Shown here piece after piece: positions 29,713 through 42,600 of a stretch of 64,000 nt of DNA (position 1 is its first letter; the number at the start of each line of letters is the position of its first letter). The notes under the pieces are model-generated. The model was not told where the DNA came from. It ran no database searches and was given only the letters and a program-made list of their open reading frames with translations. The stretch covers positions 46,686,001 through 46,750,000 of the forward strand of contig OZ249436.1 of the NCBI GenBank assembly GCA_965235115.1. Reading direction: 5' to 3'. The position numbers and the translations under genes were made by a program. This DNA is from Laetmonice hystrix (taxonomy: Eukaryota).

Positions 29713-30871
29713 TTCAGATCATCTTTATCATCATTAGCATCATCATCATTCTTTATGGGTCCTGGGTAGCAATAGACCCCCATCATTGTCATCATCATCA
29801 TTCCAAGAAAGTTGTTCGTGGCGTCTTCATTTTCATCATTATCATCCCACATCATAATTAAACTTTTGATCATGGGCTGTCCCTAGTCATCCCGTCTGGG
29901 GTCCATGTTAATTTACCATAGTTATGCAAGGGCACACCGTTTATTTTAGCAAAAGGTCACAATAATCCACCACTTGCTGAATTTGCAGTGAAAATATTAT
30001 TAGACTATTATTTTAGATTTCTTGATATTTTTGTGATAAAGCTTTAAATTGTAAAATCTATTGCCCTTTTACTTGACATCTGAAATTGGATAGACAGTGG
30101 AGGGAGAACCAATCCTTGACTATAAATTTTCATAAGATGTAAAAAGGGGGTCAGGGGTGTCCAGGGGAGTTGTATGATGTTCATAAGGTAATGTCAGCCG
30201 CCATCTGCCAGCCACACCTCCTCGTCGCCTCTCGCCGCTCGACCTGCAAGCCGTTCGCTGTTCGCGTCTCACCGTTTGCGATTCACCGTTCGCTGCTCGT
30301 GTTCGCGTCTCACCGTTCGCCGTTTGCGACTTTCCGTTCGCCGCTCGACCCGCTCGGCAGGTGGTGACTTGGCAATGGCAGGTAAATGTCACTTTTTGAA
30401 CGTCATGGAACCCCCCGGGCCACCTGTTTACCCATTATTATCACCAATTGTGTTACAAATTTTGTGGGAGGGGATTGGTTCTCCACACTGATACTAAAAA
30501 ATGATACTAGTATAGGGACATAGGAAGCAGACAAAAAGTGGGGAGGGGGCAAAAGAGATCTCATGGGGTAAAAATAAGAAATTTTTTTTAAAAAAACAAG
30601 TTAAAAAAAGCAACCCCCAAAAAATAATAAGCAAAAAAAAAAATACCAGAGAAAAATCCAACAAAGATAAGGAAACGATCAGAGTCTGAGTAAAAACAAA
30701 ATTTCATTAGAAACTAGAAACTTTATTTAAGTCGTTTTCATCATCATGATGATCAATGGAAGCCATCAGTTTTCATCATACCATACAGGGATTTGGGAGA
30801 AGTGTTGACTGAGCGGTATGAGCCGATGTCTGAGGACCAGTCACCATTCGAATTGTCTTCATCATCATTGT

Positions 30872-32460
30872 CATCACCCGTGGGGCCCGGGTAACAATAG
30901 GCCCCATAATCTTCATCATCATTATGTTCATTATCATCACCCGTGGGGCCTGGGTAACAATAGGCCCCATAATCTTCATCATCATTATGTTCATTACCTT
31001 CACCCGTGGGGCCCGGGTAACAATAGGCCCCATCATTTTCATCATCATTATCTTCATTATCATCACCCGTGGGGCCCGGGTAACAATAGACCCATCATTT
31101 TCATCATCATTATCTTCATTATCATCACCCGTGGGGCCCGGGTAACAATAGGCCCCATAATTTTCATCATCATTATGTTCATTATCATCACCCGTGGGGC
31201 CCGGGTAACAATAGGCCCATCATTTTCATCATCATTATCTTCATTATCATCACCCGTGGGGCCCGGGTAACAATAGGCCCATCATTTTCGTCATTCTATA
31301 GGGGGGGGGGACTGTAATCTTTGTATCAGTATGTGGGTGGATCGGATGGCTATAAGGGGTGATGAGGAGGCCATTTGATTAAACAGAATTAGGGAAATAT
31401 GGTGAACTGTCGGGGAATTTAAAACATCACCCGTGGGGCCCGGGTAACAATAGGCCCCATCATTTTCATCATTCTATGGGGGAGGCTGTAATCTCCTGTA
31501 TCAGTATGTGGGTGGATCGGATGGCTATAAGGGGTGATGAGGAGGCCATTTCATTATTAGGGAAATATGGTGAATTGTCAAGGAATTTAAGACGTCACCC
31601 GTGGGGCCCGGGTAACAATAGGCCCCATCATTTTCTTCATTCTATGGGGGGAGGCTGTAATCTCTTGTATCTTTATGTGGGTGGATCGGATGGCTATAAG
31701 GGGTGATGAGGAGGCCATTTGATTAAACAGAATTAGGGAAATATGGTGAATTGTCAGGGAATTTAAAACAGCACCCGCGGGGCCCGGGTAACAATAGGCC
31801 CCATCATTTTCATCATTCTATGGGGGGAGGCTGTAATCTATTGTATCTTTATGTGGGTGGATCGGATGGCTATACGGGGTGATGAGGAGGCCATTTGATT
31901 AAACAGAATCAGGGAAACATGGTGAACTGTCAGGGAATTTAAAACAGCACCCGTGGGGCCCGGGTAACAATAGGCCCCATCATTTTGTGGGTGAGGCTGT
32001 AATCTCTTGTATCAGTATGTGGGTGGATCGGATGGCTATAAGGGGTGATGAGGAGGCCATTTGATTAAACAGAATCAGGGAAATATGGTGAACTGTCAGG
32101 GAATTTAAAACAGCACCCGTGGGGCCCGGGTAACAATAGGCTCCATCATTTTCATCATTCTATGGGGGGAGGCTGTAATCTATTGTATCTTTATGTGGGT
32201 GGATCGGATGGCTATAAGGGGTGATGAGGAGGCCATTTGATTAAACAGAATTAGGGAAATATGGTGAATTGTCAGGGAATTTAAAACATCACACGTGGGG
32301 CCCGGGTAACAATAGGCCCCATCATTTTCATCATTCTATGGGGGAGGCTGTAATCTCTTGTATGAGTATGTGGGTGGATCGGGTGGCTATAAGGGGTGAT
32401 GAGGAGGCCATTTGATTAAACAGAATCAGAGAAATATGGTGAAATGTCAGGGAATTTAAA
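30872..32460. repeat. 63-bp array (7 copies) grading into an about 176-bp array (6 copies) sharing the same head
   Basis: CATCACCCGTGGGGCCCGGGTAACAATAGGCCCCAT starts at 30872, 30935, 30998, 31061, 31123, 31186, 31248, then 31425, 31593, 31769, 31945, 32111, 32287. Confidence 0.92.
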
Positions 32461-34732
32461 ATGCCAATCCTGTGAACACCCTGGGGTTGAGTAATAGGAG
32501 GGTGGCAAGACGGCAGGAAGAGGTAATGCTCTCAGAGGTGAGGCTTGGCGCTCATACAGATAGCTTGGTCGATGGAACACAAGATTCAATTCAACCGGAG
32601 ATCCCGGCTCAAGTTGAAAAAGACTTGTACGTTGTCACGTAAGTATTATGGCTCCAAAAATTGACATGTCTAAATTAACCAATTGTTATGTTTTGTATCC
32701 TTGAATTCTATGAAAATACACAAAATGAATAACTTTTATGATTTATGGGTGATGTTTTGTACCTACATAATAACACGTCTAATAGTTATATAGTATGATC
32801 TTGGAGTGTGTTTTCAGTGAGACTTGCTCTGAGTCGGGCCAAGCTGACAAGTTCTGGAATGGACGTGAGGCAGTCATCTGGGAACGCGACCGGCACGAAA
32901 GAGGGATCAAGAAATTTATCTGCCTTTTGGCCAGGTGCAAAATTAGTCTTACGCCAAAAGTGTTTGGATATTTTTTTTTTTTGGGGGGGGGGGGGGGGGG
33001 TTGCACTAGGATCCCTGCTCTAGTTCTAGTAGACCATAATAGTCCCGTAAAAAATTGCAATTCTAAGTCTGAAGTCAATGTCAGTAATCATATTGGTGAC
33101 AACGTGGTTGTGGAAAGAATATTGGGATGGGACCTATCCCAATATTCTTGGTTGTAGGTTCAGGTTTTGATTGGTCGTAGGGTGTCTTCAGTGTGTTTTC
33201 AATGTGTAGGGATCAGCTCAGCTCACAGTGAAGGTCAGGTTGAAAGTGGACATTGTGTAGGATTTTGTTAATTCCGTAGAAATAGATTTTTGTCAGTCTC
33301 GTGTGGGGTTGGTTGCAGGTTGTGGAAGGAATTTAGTGTAAGAGTCAGGGCAGCAAGAGGTCAGGTAGGGATTTTGCTGCTTAGTTTTAAATTTAGAGGG
33401 CTCGAGTTTGTTTTAGTCGATTAGGGTATTGGTGGCTTAGTTAGTGTCATCTTCATGACTATTGACATTGACAGAATCATTTGAAAATGCAACATTCTAG
33501 CAATCAGATTTTAATAAAAATTAAGTGCCGTGAATAGCGGGATGCCATAGGCTTTCTTCTAATAATCTTTACAGATTTAAATCCCAGTAGGGCCGCTTTT
33601 GCAAGATGAGCCCTTTTGACGCCATTTCCAAAATCATGCCTATCAGTACTTGTATGAAACTGAACATAATTATGTAGGCCCATAATACACAAGTACATGT
33701 ACATGTATGGATAATAAATCGATACAAGAACTGTGTTAAAGTCTGATATTAATAGAAAAATATTCAGTTTTCATTTGAACGTGTCACAGATTGCTGTTTT
33801 TTATTTGGTAGGAAATATATGTGTGCTGTCGCCTATCTTCAAAGTTGGAACTTCTATCTCATCCAAATTAGAACTTTGGCAAAATACTTCCAGAATTTAA
33901 TAAAGACATACAGTGGTATAATTATGAAAAAGTAATAAACTGCTTGTAATTATCGAAGAATAAAGTTCTGTAACATCTTAAAAATTTATTCCGATGACCC
34001 AGTCATTCGAAACTTTTCTCATGGGTGGTCAATCGAGAGATATTTTTGATTCCGTCATTTAATAGGAAAACTCTGTGCTTCGGTCTTGCGTACATTATAT
34101 TTAGAAAAGGTCAAAGGAAAGAATATTAATTGGTAGAGGTGTAACCAAATTAAAACGTGGATACAGATGTACAACATCCAGCCGGCCGTCCACCTGGCGG
34201 GAACAAATTGAAGCTTTATCCTATGAGATCTCTCCAGTTAACCCGCTGGGCGACAGGTGGCGCCCCAGGTAGGCCTGTGTGAGGAATTAATGTGTAACAG
34301 GGCATACAAAACGCATATATTTTTAGATCTACATGGCAGATCGAGGAAGGCTCTTAATTTCTACATAAGCACGATCCATAGCGACATGACGAACTGTAAG
34401 GCCTTGTTCAAGGGTTTAAAAAAATCTTTTTAAAAGTGGGATCAAGGATAGATCTAAAACCATAGAATAAAAAAGGTATAGAAGAGACAGCTACCCTCTC
34501 TGCCACAATCTAGAGGGCAGTAGTATTCGCCCCCCCCCCCCAAATTATTGTTCCGCCACGCGCATTATTTGTCAGTTATATTTTAAAAAACATATGCCGA
34601 GAGACCAAAAATCAGGAAAAGGAAAGTGACACTTAGCTTTGGGCCACATAGGCCTCTGTCAAAAGCTACAGAGACCTCTGGATGTTTGACATTGTCTTTT
34701 TGACATATTTAGCTTATTTTGGATTCCAAGGG

Positions 34733-34983
34733 ATTCCAAGCATCACCATATTATAATGTGGATTCCAAGCATCACCATATTATGATGTGGATCCCAAACA
34801 TCTTATGATGTGAATTCCAAGCATCACTATATTATGATGTGGATTCTAAGCATCACCATTATGATGTGGATTCCAAACATCACCATATTATGTGGATTCC
34901 AAGCATCACTATATTATGATGTGGATTCCCAGCATCACCACATTATGATATGGATTCCAAGCATCACTATATTATTATGATGT
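34733..34983. repeat. About 29-bp minisatellite, about 9 copies
   Basis: Unit GATTCCAAGCATCACCATATTATGATGTG. Confidence 0.9.
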
Positions 34984-36715
34984 CCTATTAAATGGCAGCA
35001 GTAACGAGACCATATGTTAATGCATATTTTGATGGAGGCCTTACAGTGCCAGGGGCATCAAGGATTTTGGTATGGGGTCATTCCATCCGGATTCACCTAC
35101 AGCCTCCCAGGTGACCATCTCAGATTTTTTGATGAACATGTTTGATGAACACATGCAAATTTCTTTGCTCCAAATCCCAGTAGTTTTTCAGATATTAATT
35201 TTTAAAATTTGTGTGTCGGTGCATGTCAAAAGTCATTTTTGTGGTTTTTCACATTTTCAAAGCGTTATATCTCAGGACTGGTTGCATGTATCAGGCTCAA
35301 ATTTGCTATGTGCAAGGTCCCCCACCCTCATATTCAGTGCCAAACATCAAAGTTGTGCTAAATTGCATTTTTATAGCTGATTGAAAATGGCATTTTGTTC
35401 ATATCAGAACATTCTTTTCAAACTTTAGAGGGCACTACACAAAAAGCGTATTAAGTGATCATCTTCATATTACAAAGCTTACCTCAGTAGATTACCAGAT
35501 TGTGTTTAGCTAAAAACAATGCCCTTCATAGTAATAGTTTTTGAGCTGTAGCTGCATAAAAATTGATCATGTTTGAAAAACGTCGAAAAAAACTCTCCAT
35601 TCTAGGTAGAATTTCACCATGTAGGCAACGACTCAGACACTTCAATTTTTTTTTTAAAAGTAGAATGGCTCTATAACTGAATTCATTGTAGGGTATTTTT
35701 CTCAGACTTTCGGGAAACTTACTTTACTTTAATATCTCATCTTTCGGGAAATTTCTTATTTTATAATTGTAGGAAAATAATAAAAAGAAATAAAATTCCA
35801 CATTCCAAGTTACCTGGAGTTATAATCTTTTATATATATCAAAAAGCAACTTTTACTGAAGGGGCGGAGTGGAGAAAAAGTGGGAGGCGTCTAATTGATA
35901 AATCGAAGAAAACATAGAGGTATAGGAAACTACGTTCGTTTAAATAATACACAAAAACACTTGCTAATCAAACCATTTATCTATGAATTGTATAATATAT
36001 CTGCTTTAAAACATACTACAAGATGTAACGTTGTATATTACGTGTGCTCGTGAAATTTCTTTCTCATCTTTCTATGCCGAGGACTGTTGGTACAATAGGA
36101 TGGTTTACATGATATATTAAATAAAAGTCCATTGCTTAGTCCGGCCATGGCAATCTTAGCCACGCGTAAATGAAGTCGTTGTGCTAGCGTTATTTGTCGG
36201 CCCCTGGTGAGGTATTTACAAACTAAGCCTTTGCCAGTGGGCGTCGAGGCGACCCCTGTCGCCGGTTGTTTACACTACACACAGCGCAGCAGCAGACGTT
36301 TGCCTAAAACCCCATCAAAAATTATTAAATAAAGAAAATAATAATAAAGGCATTAGCAGGTTTACCTCAAGTAGCTGATTAGCAGGTAATGTTACACTTA
36401 TCTCCTAGGAATACAATCGTATAAAGTAATCCTACGTCAATCACCCCCCAGGACACAGAATATGATTGTGTTGTTAAAATGACGTGAGAGATATTGTTTT
36501 GCGTACGGTACCAATATTAACAGGTAATCACACAGTACGGTACCAATGTAATCACACAGAAAGTGTAGGTCTGTGAGAGGTTATGATGTGGCTTCCTTAA
36601 TCTGTGCGAGGACACCAGGTGGCTTCCTTGATCTGTGACAGGATACCATGTGGCTTCCTTGGCTAGGTATACACATATATAGCAGCGATAGTCAGGGATA
36701 TCATTGAGTGGTCCC

Positions 36716-37520
36716 ACTCAGACAGACTCGGGTATGAACTGTTGGCCACGCCTCAGGCCAACCTTTAGTACACAGACTCGGGTATGAACTGTGGGCCACG
36801 CCTCAGGCCAACTTTTAGTACAGACTGGGGTATGAACTGTTGGCCACGCCTCAGGCCAACCTTTAGTACACAGACTGGGGTATGAACTGTTGGCCACGCC
36901 TCAGGCCAACCTTTAGTGCACAGACTTAGGTATGAACCGTTGGCCACGCCTCAGGCCAACCTTTAGTACACAGACTGGGGTATGAACTGTTGGCCACGCC
37001 TCAGGCCAACCTTTAGTACATAGACTGGGGTATGAACTGTTGGCCACGCCTCAGGCCAACCTTTAGTACATAGACTGGGGTATGAACTGTTGGCCACGCC
37101 TCAGGCCAACCTTTAGTACACAGACTCGTGTATGAACTGTGGGCCACGCCTCAGGCCAACCTTTAGTACAGACTGGGGTATGAACTGTTGGCCACGCCTC
37201 AGGCCAACGTTTAGTACACAGACTGGGGTATGAACTGTTGGCCACGCCTCAGGCCAACCTTTAGTACACAGACTCGGGTATGAACTGTTGGCCACGCCTC
37301 AGGCCAACCTTTAGTACACAGACTGGGGTATGAACTGTTGGCCACGCCTCAGGCCAACCTTTAGTACACAGACTCGGGTATGAACTGTTGGCCACGCCTC
37401 AGGCCAACCTTTAGTACACAGACTGGGGTATGAACTGTTGGCCACGCCTCAGGCCAACCTTTAGTACACAGACTGGGGTATGAACTGTTGGCCAGGCCTC
37501 AGGCCAACCTTTAGTACACA
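36716..37520. repeat. 50-bp minisatellite, about 16 copies
   Basis: Unit GTATGAACTGTTGGCCACGCCTCAGGCCAACCTTTAGTACACAGACTGGG. Confidence 0.95.
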
Positions 37521-38817
37521 GGGATTAAGTAAGTACATTGTACTATCTTTGAAAGGAGACTGCGCCCCTGTTCTGGAGAAGGGAGGCGAATGGCTCTGTG
37601 TATCTGGACTTATCCCATGAGGATTAGGGCTATTTCAAACTCGGTAAACTGACAACATTCACGTCACTCTGAAATCAAAAGTTTCGAACGTGGTCCATTT
37701 TATGTAATCGTCAAACACAGGCGGCAATATGAACAGGCGACATTTCTTTAAGGGCAGGGCGTTTCTGCCGTTACAATCGGCGAGAACCGTACAACAGGTG
37801 ACCCAGTGCAGCACGGGGGCCACCTGGCGGCAGGAGGAGGTACAAGGAACGCCGACGGTGGCGCCGACAGGCGGTGGCGGGATGAACGATTGGAAGCACG
37901 GGTTTGGGGCGATGTGATCGGAACACAGCTTGAACATCCAGCACAAGATGACACGTGCTCAGCGATTGGAGGACATACCGACCTTACCCTGTCCACCAAA
38001 CACAGAGCCAGTTACTACAGAACAAAATCATATTGTCTGTATCCAATAACGTTCCATTATTAACTGGAGTTTGGTTTCACGAATGATCCTCAAAAGTTTA
38101 GAGCTTGGACGCATACTTCCACTTGTCCAAGTCCTGGGGTGCGTTCTGGCGCTCGAGTGCCCGCTACTTGAATATATCTATAGCTGCATTGGTACACTGA
38201 TAGCAAATGGGAAGGCTGGGAGGAAGCACACAACATGATTTGTATGACCTCAGTATCTCCATAACATTGTTAGACTCTATACAAGTGGCAAACACTTCCT
38301 GCTGGAGTACAGCTCTCAGAACAACATCAAAGGCTTGTAATGAGTCTGAGAACAAATATAGATTGTAAGGGTCATGAAAAAAACCTTGCTTTGAAATGTG
38401 CCGGGTCGGTACGATGTGTACGATTTTAAGGGAAATTTTGAAACGCCCTAAACAGAATGGCAGAGTTTGTCCTGCATCTTCTCAAATAACAAAGGATGAA
38501 ACTTGCAAAGTGGTTTTATATTTAACAGATATATAACAGAAAAGTTGGAAAATAAACTGCTCTTCATATGGCAAATGTTTGTTAGGAATTACAAATATAA
38601 AGGTATTGATTGTGAACGTTAGGATACTTATTTCCATGGCGACTTCGTCGTGACGTTCGCATTTTCCCACACACTCACACTATATATGAGGCATTAACTG
38701 CTTCTTGACGTCAGCCAAGTAACTCAATTACACTATAATATTATTACATATATTTATACATACATGGGCGTGTATTCTGAGAGTTATAGACCGTATGTAC
38801 CCACACCGAGTTAAACG

Positions 38818-38823
38818 TTTATT
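38818..38823 (-). promoter_or_regulatory. Possible poly(A) signal (AATAAA) for PRKAR1
   Basis: TTTATT on the + strand about 660 nt past the stop codon; motif only, no transcript evidence. Confidence 0.25.
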
Positions 38824-39483
38824 GAGGTGGGTAGTGGCAGAGATGTAATCCGGCAACTAGATCCAGGACTCGAAGGTCAATGATCCAATCGTGGGCTGGT
38901 CATTGTGAGAAAGCTACACCAGGGGGCAGCACCGATCTATGGCCTGGAGGTGTGAGAGCTACGAATACGAGGTTAGGGAGTTTCCTGCTTGAATACTTTG
39001 TATTCCTGCATCTACATAGCATTGTATCCAGTTATTTAAACACTGCAACAAAAATACCTGCTGTACCGTTTCGTGCTACATAATTGTGATGCTGCAACCG
39101 TAAACACCACTAGAGCACAGTTCACAAGTTTCTCAAATTTTGCTGGTTTCTTCAGACAGAGATTGCCGGCTGAGGGCCTCTAGGGGAGGTCTCTGCCACG
39201 AAACACACAAACAGACATGGGGGGACTGGGGTGTCCCACGACAAGGTAACAAAAATATGGACCTGCTCAATATTCCAGAGTCACCTAACATCCTGCAAAC
39301 TCTACTACTGTTCTGAGCACCTCAATTCCATAGTTAGTCCTTTCTCTATGTAGAACGACCGTCGGGGGGCCCGGAAGAGCCTAAATATTCGGCAACTGTC
39401 CAGCCAGCGAGCTCCGACCATGAGGTGGTGGTGCCACCTGGCGGGATGGCGACAGAATGAGAGCGAGGTTGTCGTTGTCGTGG

Positions 39484-39656
39484 TTACACAGATAACGACA
39501 CAAAGCTGTTGTAGTGCGCAATGTTTCGTTTGAGGATTTCGCTGCAGGGGCCAAGGACACGTTCAAACCGGCCACGATCTAACTTGACACACTTCAGCGG
39601 TCCGCGAGCGATCACCGTCGCTGCTCGCGGGCGATCCAACAACAGAGCGATTTCAC
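39484..39656 (-). CDS. PRKAR1: PRKAR1 last coding exon, 173 nt ([15 protein letters not shown]...YNSFVSLSV*)
   Basis: gtgttccAG|GT GAA ATC...GTG TAA. Confidence 0.95.
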
Positions 39657-42600
39657 CTGGAACACACATACAAGAAAACATGTCCCACATCAAACACTTC
39701 ATCAAAAGTTATCCGCCCTTACCCAACGTGAAATATGGGAGTATTTGAATGAATCTATTAGTTAAAAAGGTTTACATAAGATAAAGATAATTACAGCTGC
39801 GGTTCTCAAACAATAACAATAGGCGAATAGGCCTATTTCTCCATGAAGACTATTATTGAGTGAATCCCACCATAGGGTCCCATAACCCGTAATGATAACC
39901 AGTTAATTCCACCATAACTTGATGAGGTCCCATAACCCGTAATGATAACCAGTGAATCCCACCATGAGGTCCCATAACCCGTAATGATAACCAGTGAATC
40001 CCACCATGAGGTCCCATAACCCGTAATGACGTTAATGATAACCAGTGAATCCCACCATAAGGTCCCATAACCCGTAATGATAACCAGTGAATCCCACCAT
40101 GAGGTCCCATAACCCGTAATGATAACCAGTGAATCCAAACATAAGGTCCCATAACCCGTAATGATAACCAGCGAATCCCACCATGAGGTCCCATAACCCG
40201 TAATGATAACCAGTGAATCCCACCATGAGGTCCCATAACCCGTAATGACGTTAATGATAACCAGTGAATCCCACCATGAGGTCCCATAACCCGTAAGGAC
40301 GTTAATGATAACCAGTGAATCCCACCATGAGGTCCCATATTCCGTAATGATAACCAGTGAATCCCACCATAAGGTCCCATAACCCGTAATGATAACCAGT
40401 GAATCCCACCATAAGGTCCCATAACCCGTAATGATAACCAGTGAATCCAATAAGGTCCCATAACCCGTAATGATAACCAGTGAATCCCACCATAAGGTCC
40501 CATAACCCGTAATGATAACCAGTGAATCCCACCATAAGGTCCCATAACCCGTAATGATTATCTTCACTTACCAAAGTAATCTGAAGGACCCAGTTTTCCA
40601 ACTTCCACTGGTTCCTCATTCTCAGCTCTCCTCTGAAGCACACTGGCTGTACCCTGGAATCAATCAGAGAAAACTTAACACAGATATCCTCATAGGTTTA
40701 CCAGGAACGAGGACAAATACCCACGACCTCGTCTCATTGACGTCAGCTCCCGTCAAAATCCCCGATTATCGCCTGATTATTTCTTGGCACTGCTCAGTTG
40801 TGAGATCGCGGAACGCCATTAGTTCCAAACACTATCGCAGCGCCGCCTGTTGGCGACGGGATTATTCACAAACGTCAGGTCGTGTCTCCCAAGACCGTTC
40901 TGATTACAGTAAAATGTGATGTCACCGAGAGGTATCAATTTACGTCCCTGTCACTAATCAACGATATCAATATAATAATTCACTGTCCACCTTCAAACTG
41001 GATCCAGAAACTGGCATTAGTCAACCCCAAGTATCAGGTACCAATTACTTACTCATCATTGTTCAGGCTGTAGCTGCACGACTGAGCTGGAGCACATTAT
41101 GATCTATCGTGTGGGTGTTTGTTTTTCTCTCCTCACAATGAAGGTTGGTAGTACTCACCTTCACAATGATGGTCTGTAGTACTCACTCACACAATGATGG
41201 TTTGTATTACTCACACAATGATGGTTTGTATTACTCACACAATGATGGTTGGTAGTACTCACACAATGACGGTTTGTATTACTCACCTCCACAATGATGG
41301 TCTGTAGTACTCACTCCACAATGATGGTTGGTAGTACTCACACAATGATGGTTTGTAGTACTTACTCCACAATGATGGTTTGTAGTACTCACCTCCACAA
41401 TGATGGTTTGTATTACTCACACAATGATGGTTTGTATTACTCACACAATGATGGTTTGTATTACTCACACAATGATAGTTTGTATTACTCACACAATGAT
41501 GGTTTGTATTACTCACACAATGATGGTTGGTAGTACTCACACAATGATGGTTTGTAGTACTCACTCCACAATGATGGTTTGTATTACTCATCTCCACAAT
41601 GATGGTTTGTGGTACTCATCTCCACAATGATGGTTGGTAGTACTCACCTCCACAATGATGGTTTGTGGTACCGACCTCCACAATGATGGTTGGTAGTACT
41701 TACACAATGATGGTTTGTATTACTCACACAATGAAGGTTTGTATTACTCACACAATGAAGGTTTGTATTACTTACACAATGATGGTTGGTAGTACTCACA
41801 CAATGAAGGTTTGTATTACTCACACAATGATGGTTGGTAGTACTCACACAATGAAGGTTTGTATTACTCACACAATGATGGTTGGTAGTACTCACACAAT
41901 GATGGTTTGTATTACTTACACAATGATGGTTGGTAGTACTCACACAATGAAGGTTTGTATTACTCACACAATGATGGTTGGTAGTACTCACACAATGATG
42001 GTTTGTATTACTCACACAATGATGGTTGGTAGTACTCACACAATGAAGGTTTGTATTACTCACACAATGATGGTTGGTAGTACTCACCTCCACAATGATG
42101 AAGAAGTCATCCCCAGGCTCACCCTGCTGAACGATCTCCTGCCCGTCCTCAAACTGTACAGGTTCCAGCGAGTCGGACACCGTCAACCGTTCCCACTTAT
42201 CAAGATTCTCTGCATTCAAACACAGGATATTGAAATTCATTAAAAATGAGGTGTTAAATTATTTGAAAATTGAATATTGGCGTTGTTTGTGTCACCATCT
42301 GGTGGAACCTACTGAGAGAAGTCAGCGCTACCTAGCGGCTTTCAGATGACCTATTTGACAGAATTTAACAAGTCACACATGATTTTGTACAAGTCATCAT
42401 GTAGCCTACTGCGTCAGTTGTATCAGTTGCAAACAGAACCTAAGAAGAATCTCTCAAAAATAGTATTAATAAAATTCTATAAACAAATTAGGAAAAAATC
42501 ACAAATGCTTAGCTCCTGAAATACAAAAGGCTGCGAAATACTGTTCCTTCAAAACAAACGATTCCTGGTATTCTGAGCTGAACTAAATGTGTAATAGAAA

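Noticed and set aside
31248-32460. ~176-bp tandem units as possible retrozyme / hammerhead ribozyme (TGATGAG ... GAAA present)
   Set aside because: The core reads GUGAUGA rather than CUGANGA, and no stem II closes before GAAA.
38050-38355. Protein-like minus-strand frame with in-frame stops (…LQQEVFATCIESNN…IDIFK*RALERQNAPQDLDKWKY…)
   Set aside because: Could be a decayed TE or pseudogene fragment, but I cannot assign it to any family without a database search.
39833-40567. 244-aa and 230-aa repeat ORFs starting at the PRKAR1 donor
   Set aside because: The 42-bp unit is divisible by 3, which keeps frames open; it is intronic and, unlike the 24-bp array, the units carry no copy of the exon's donor.
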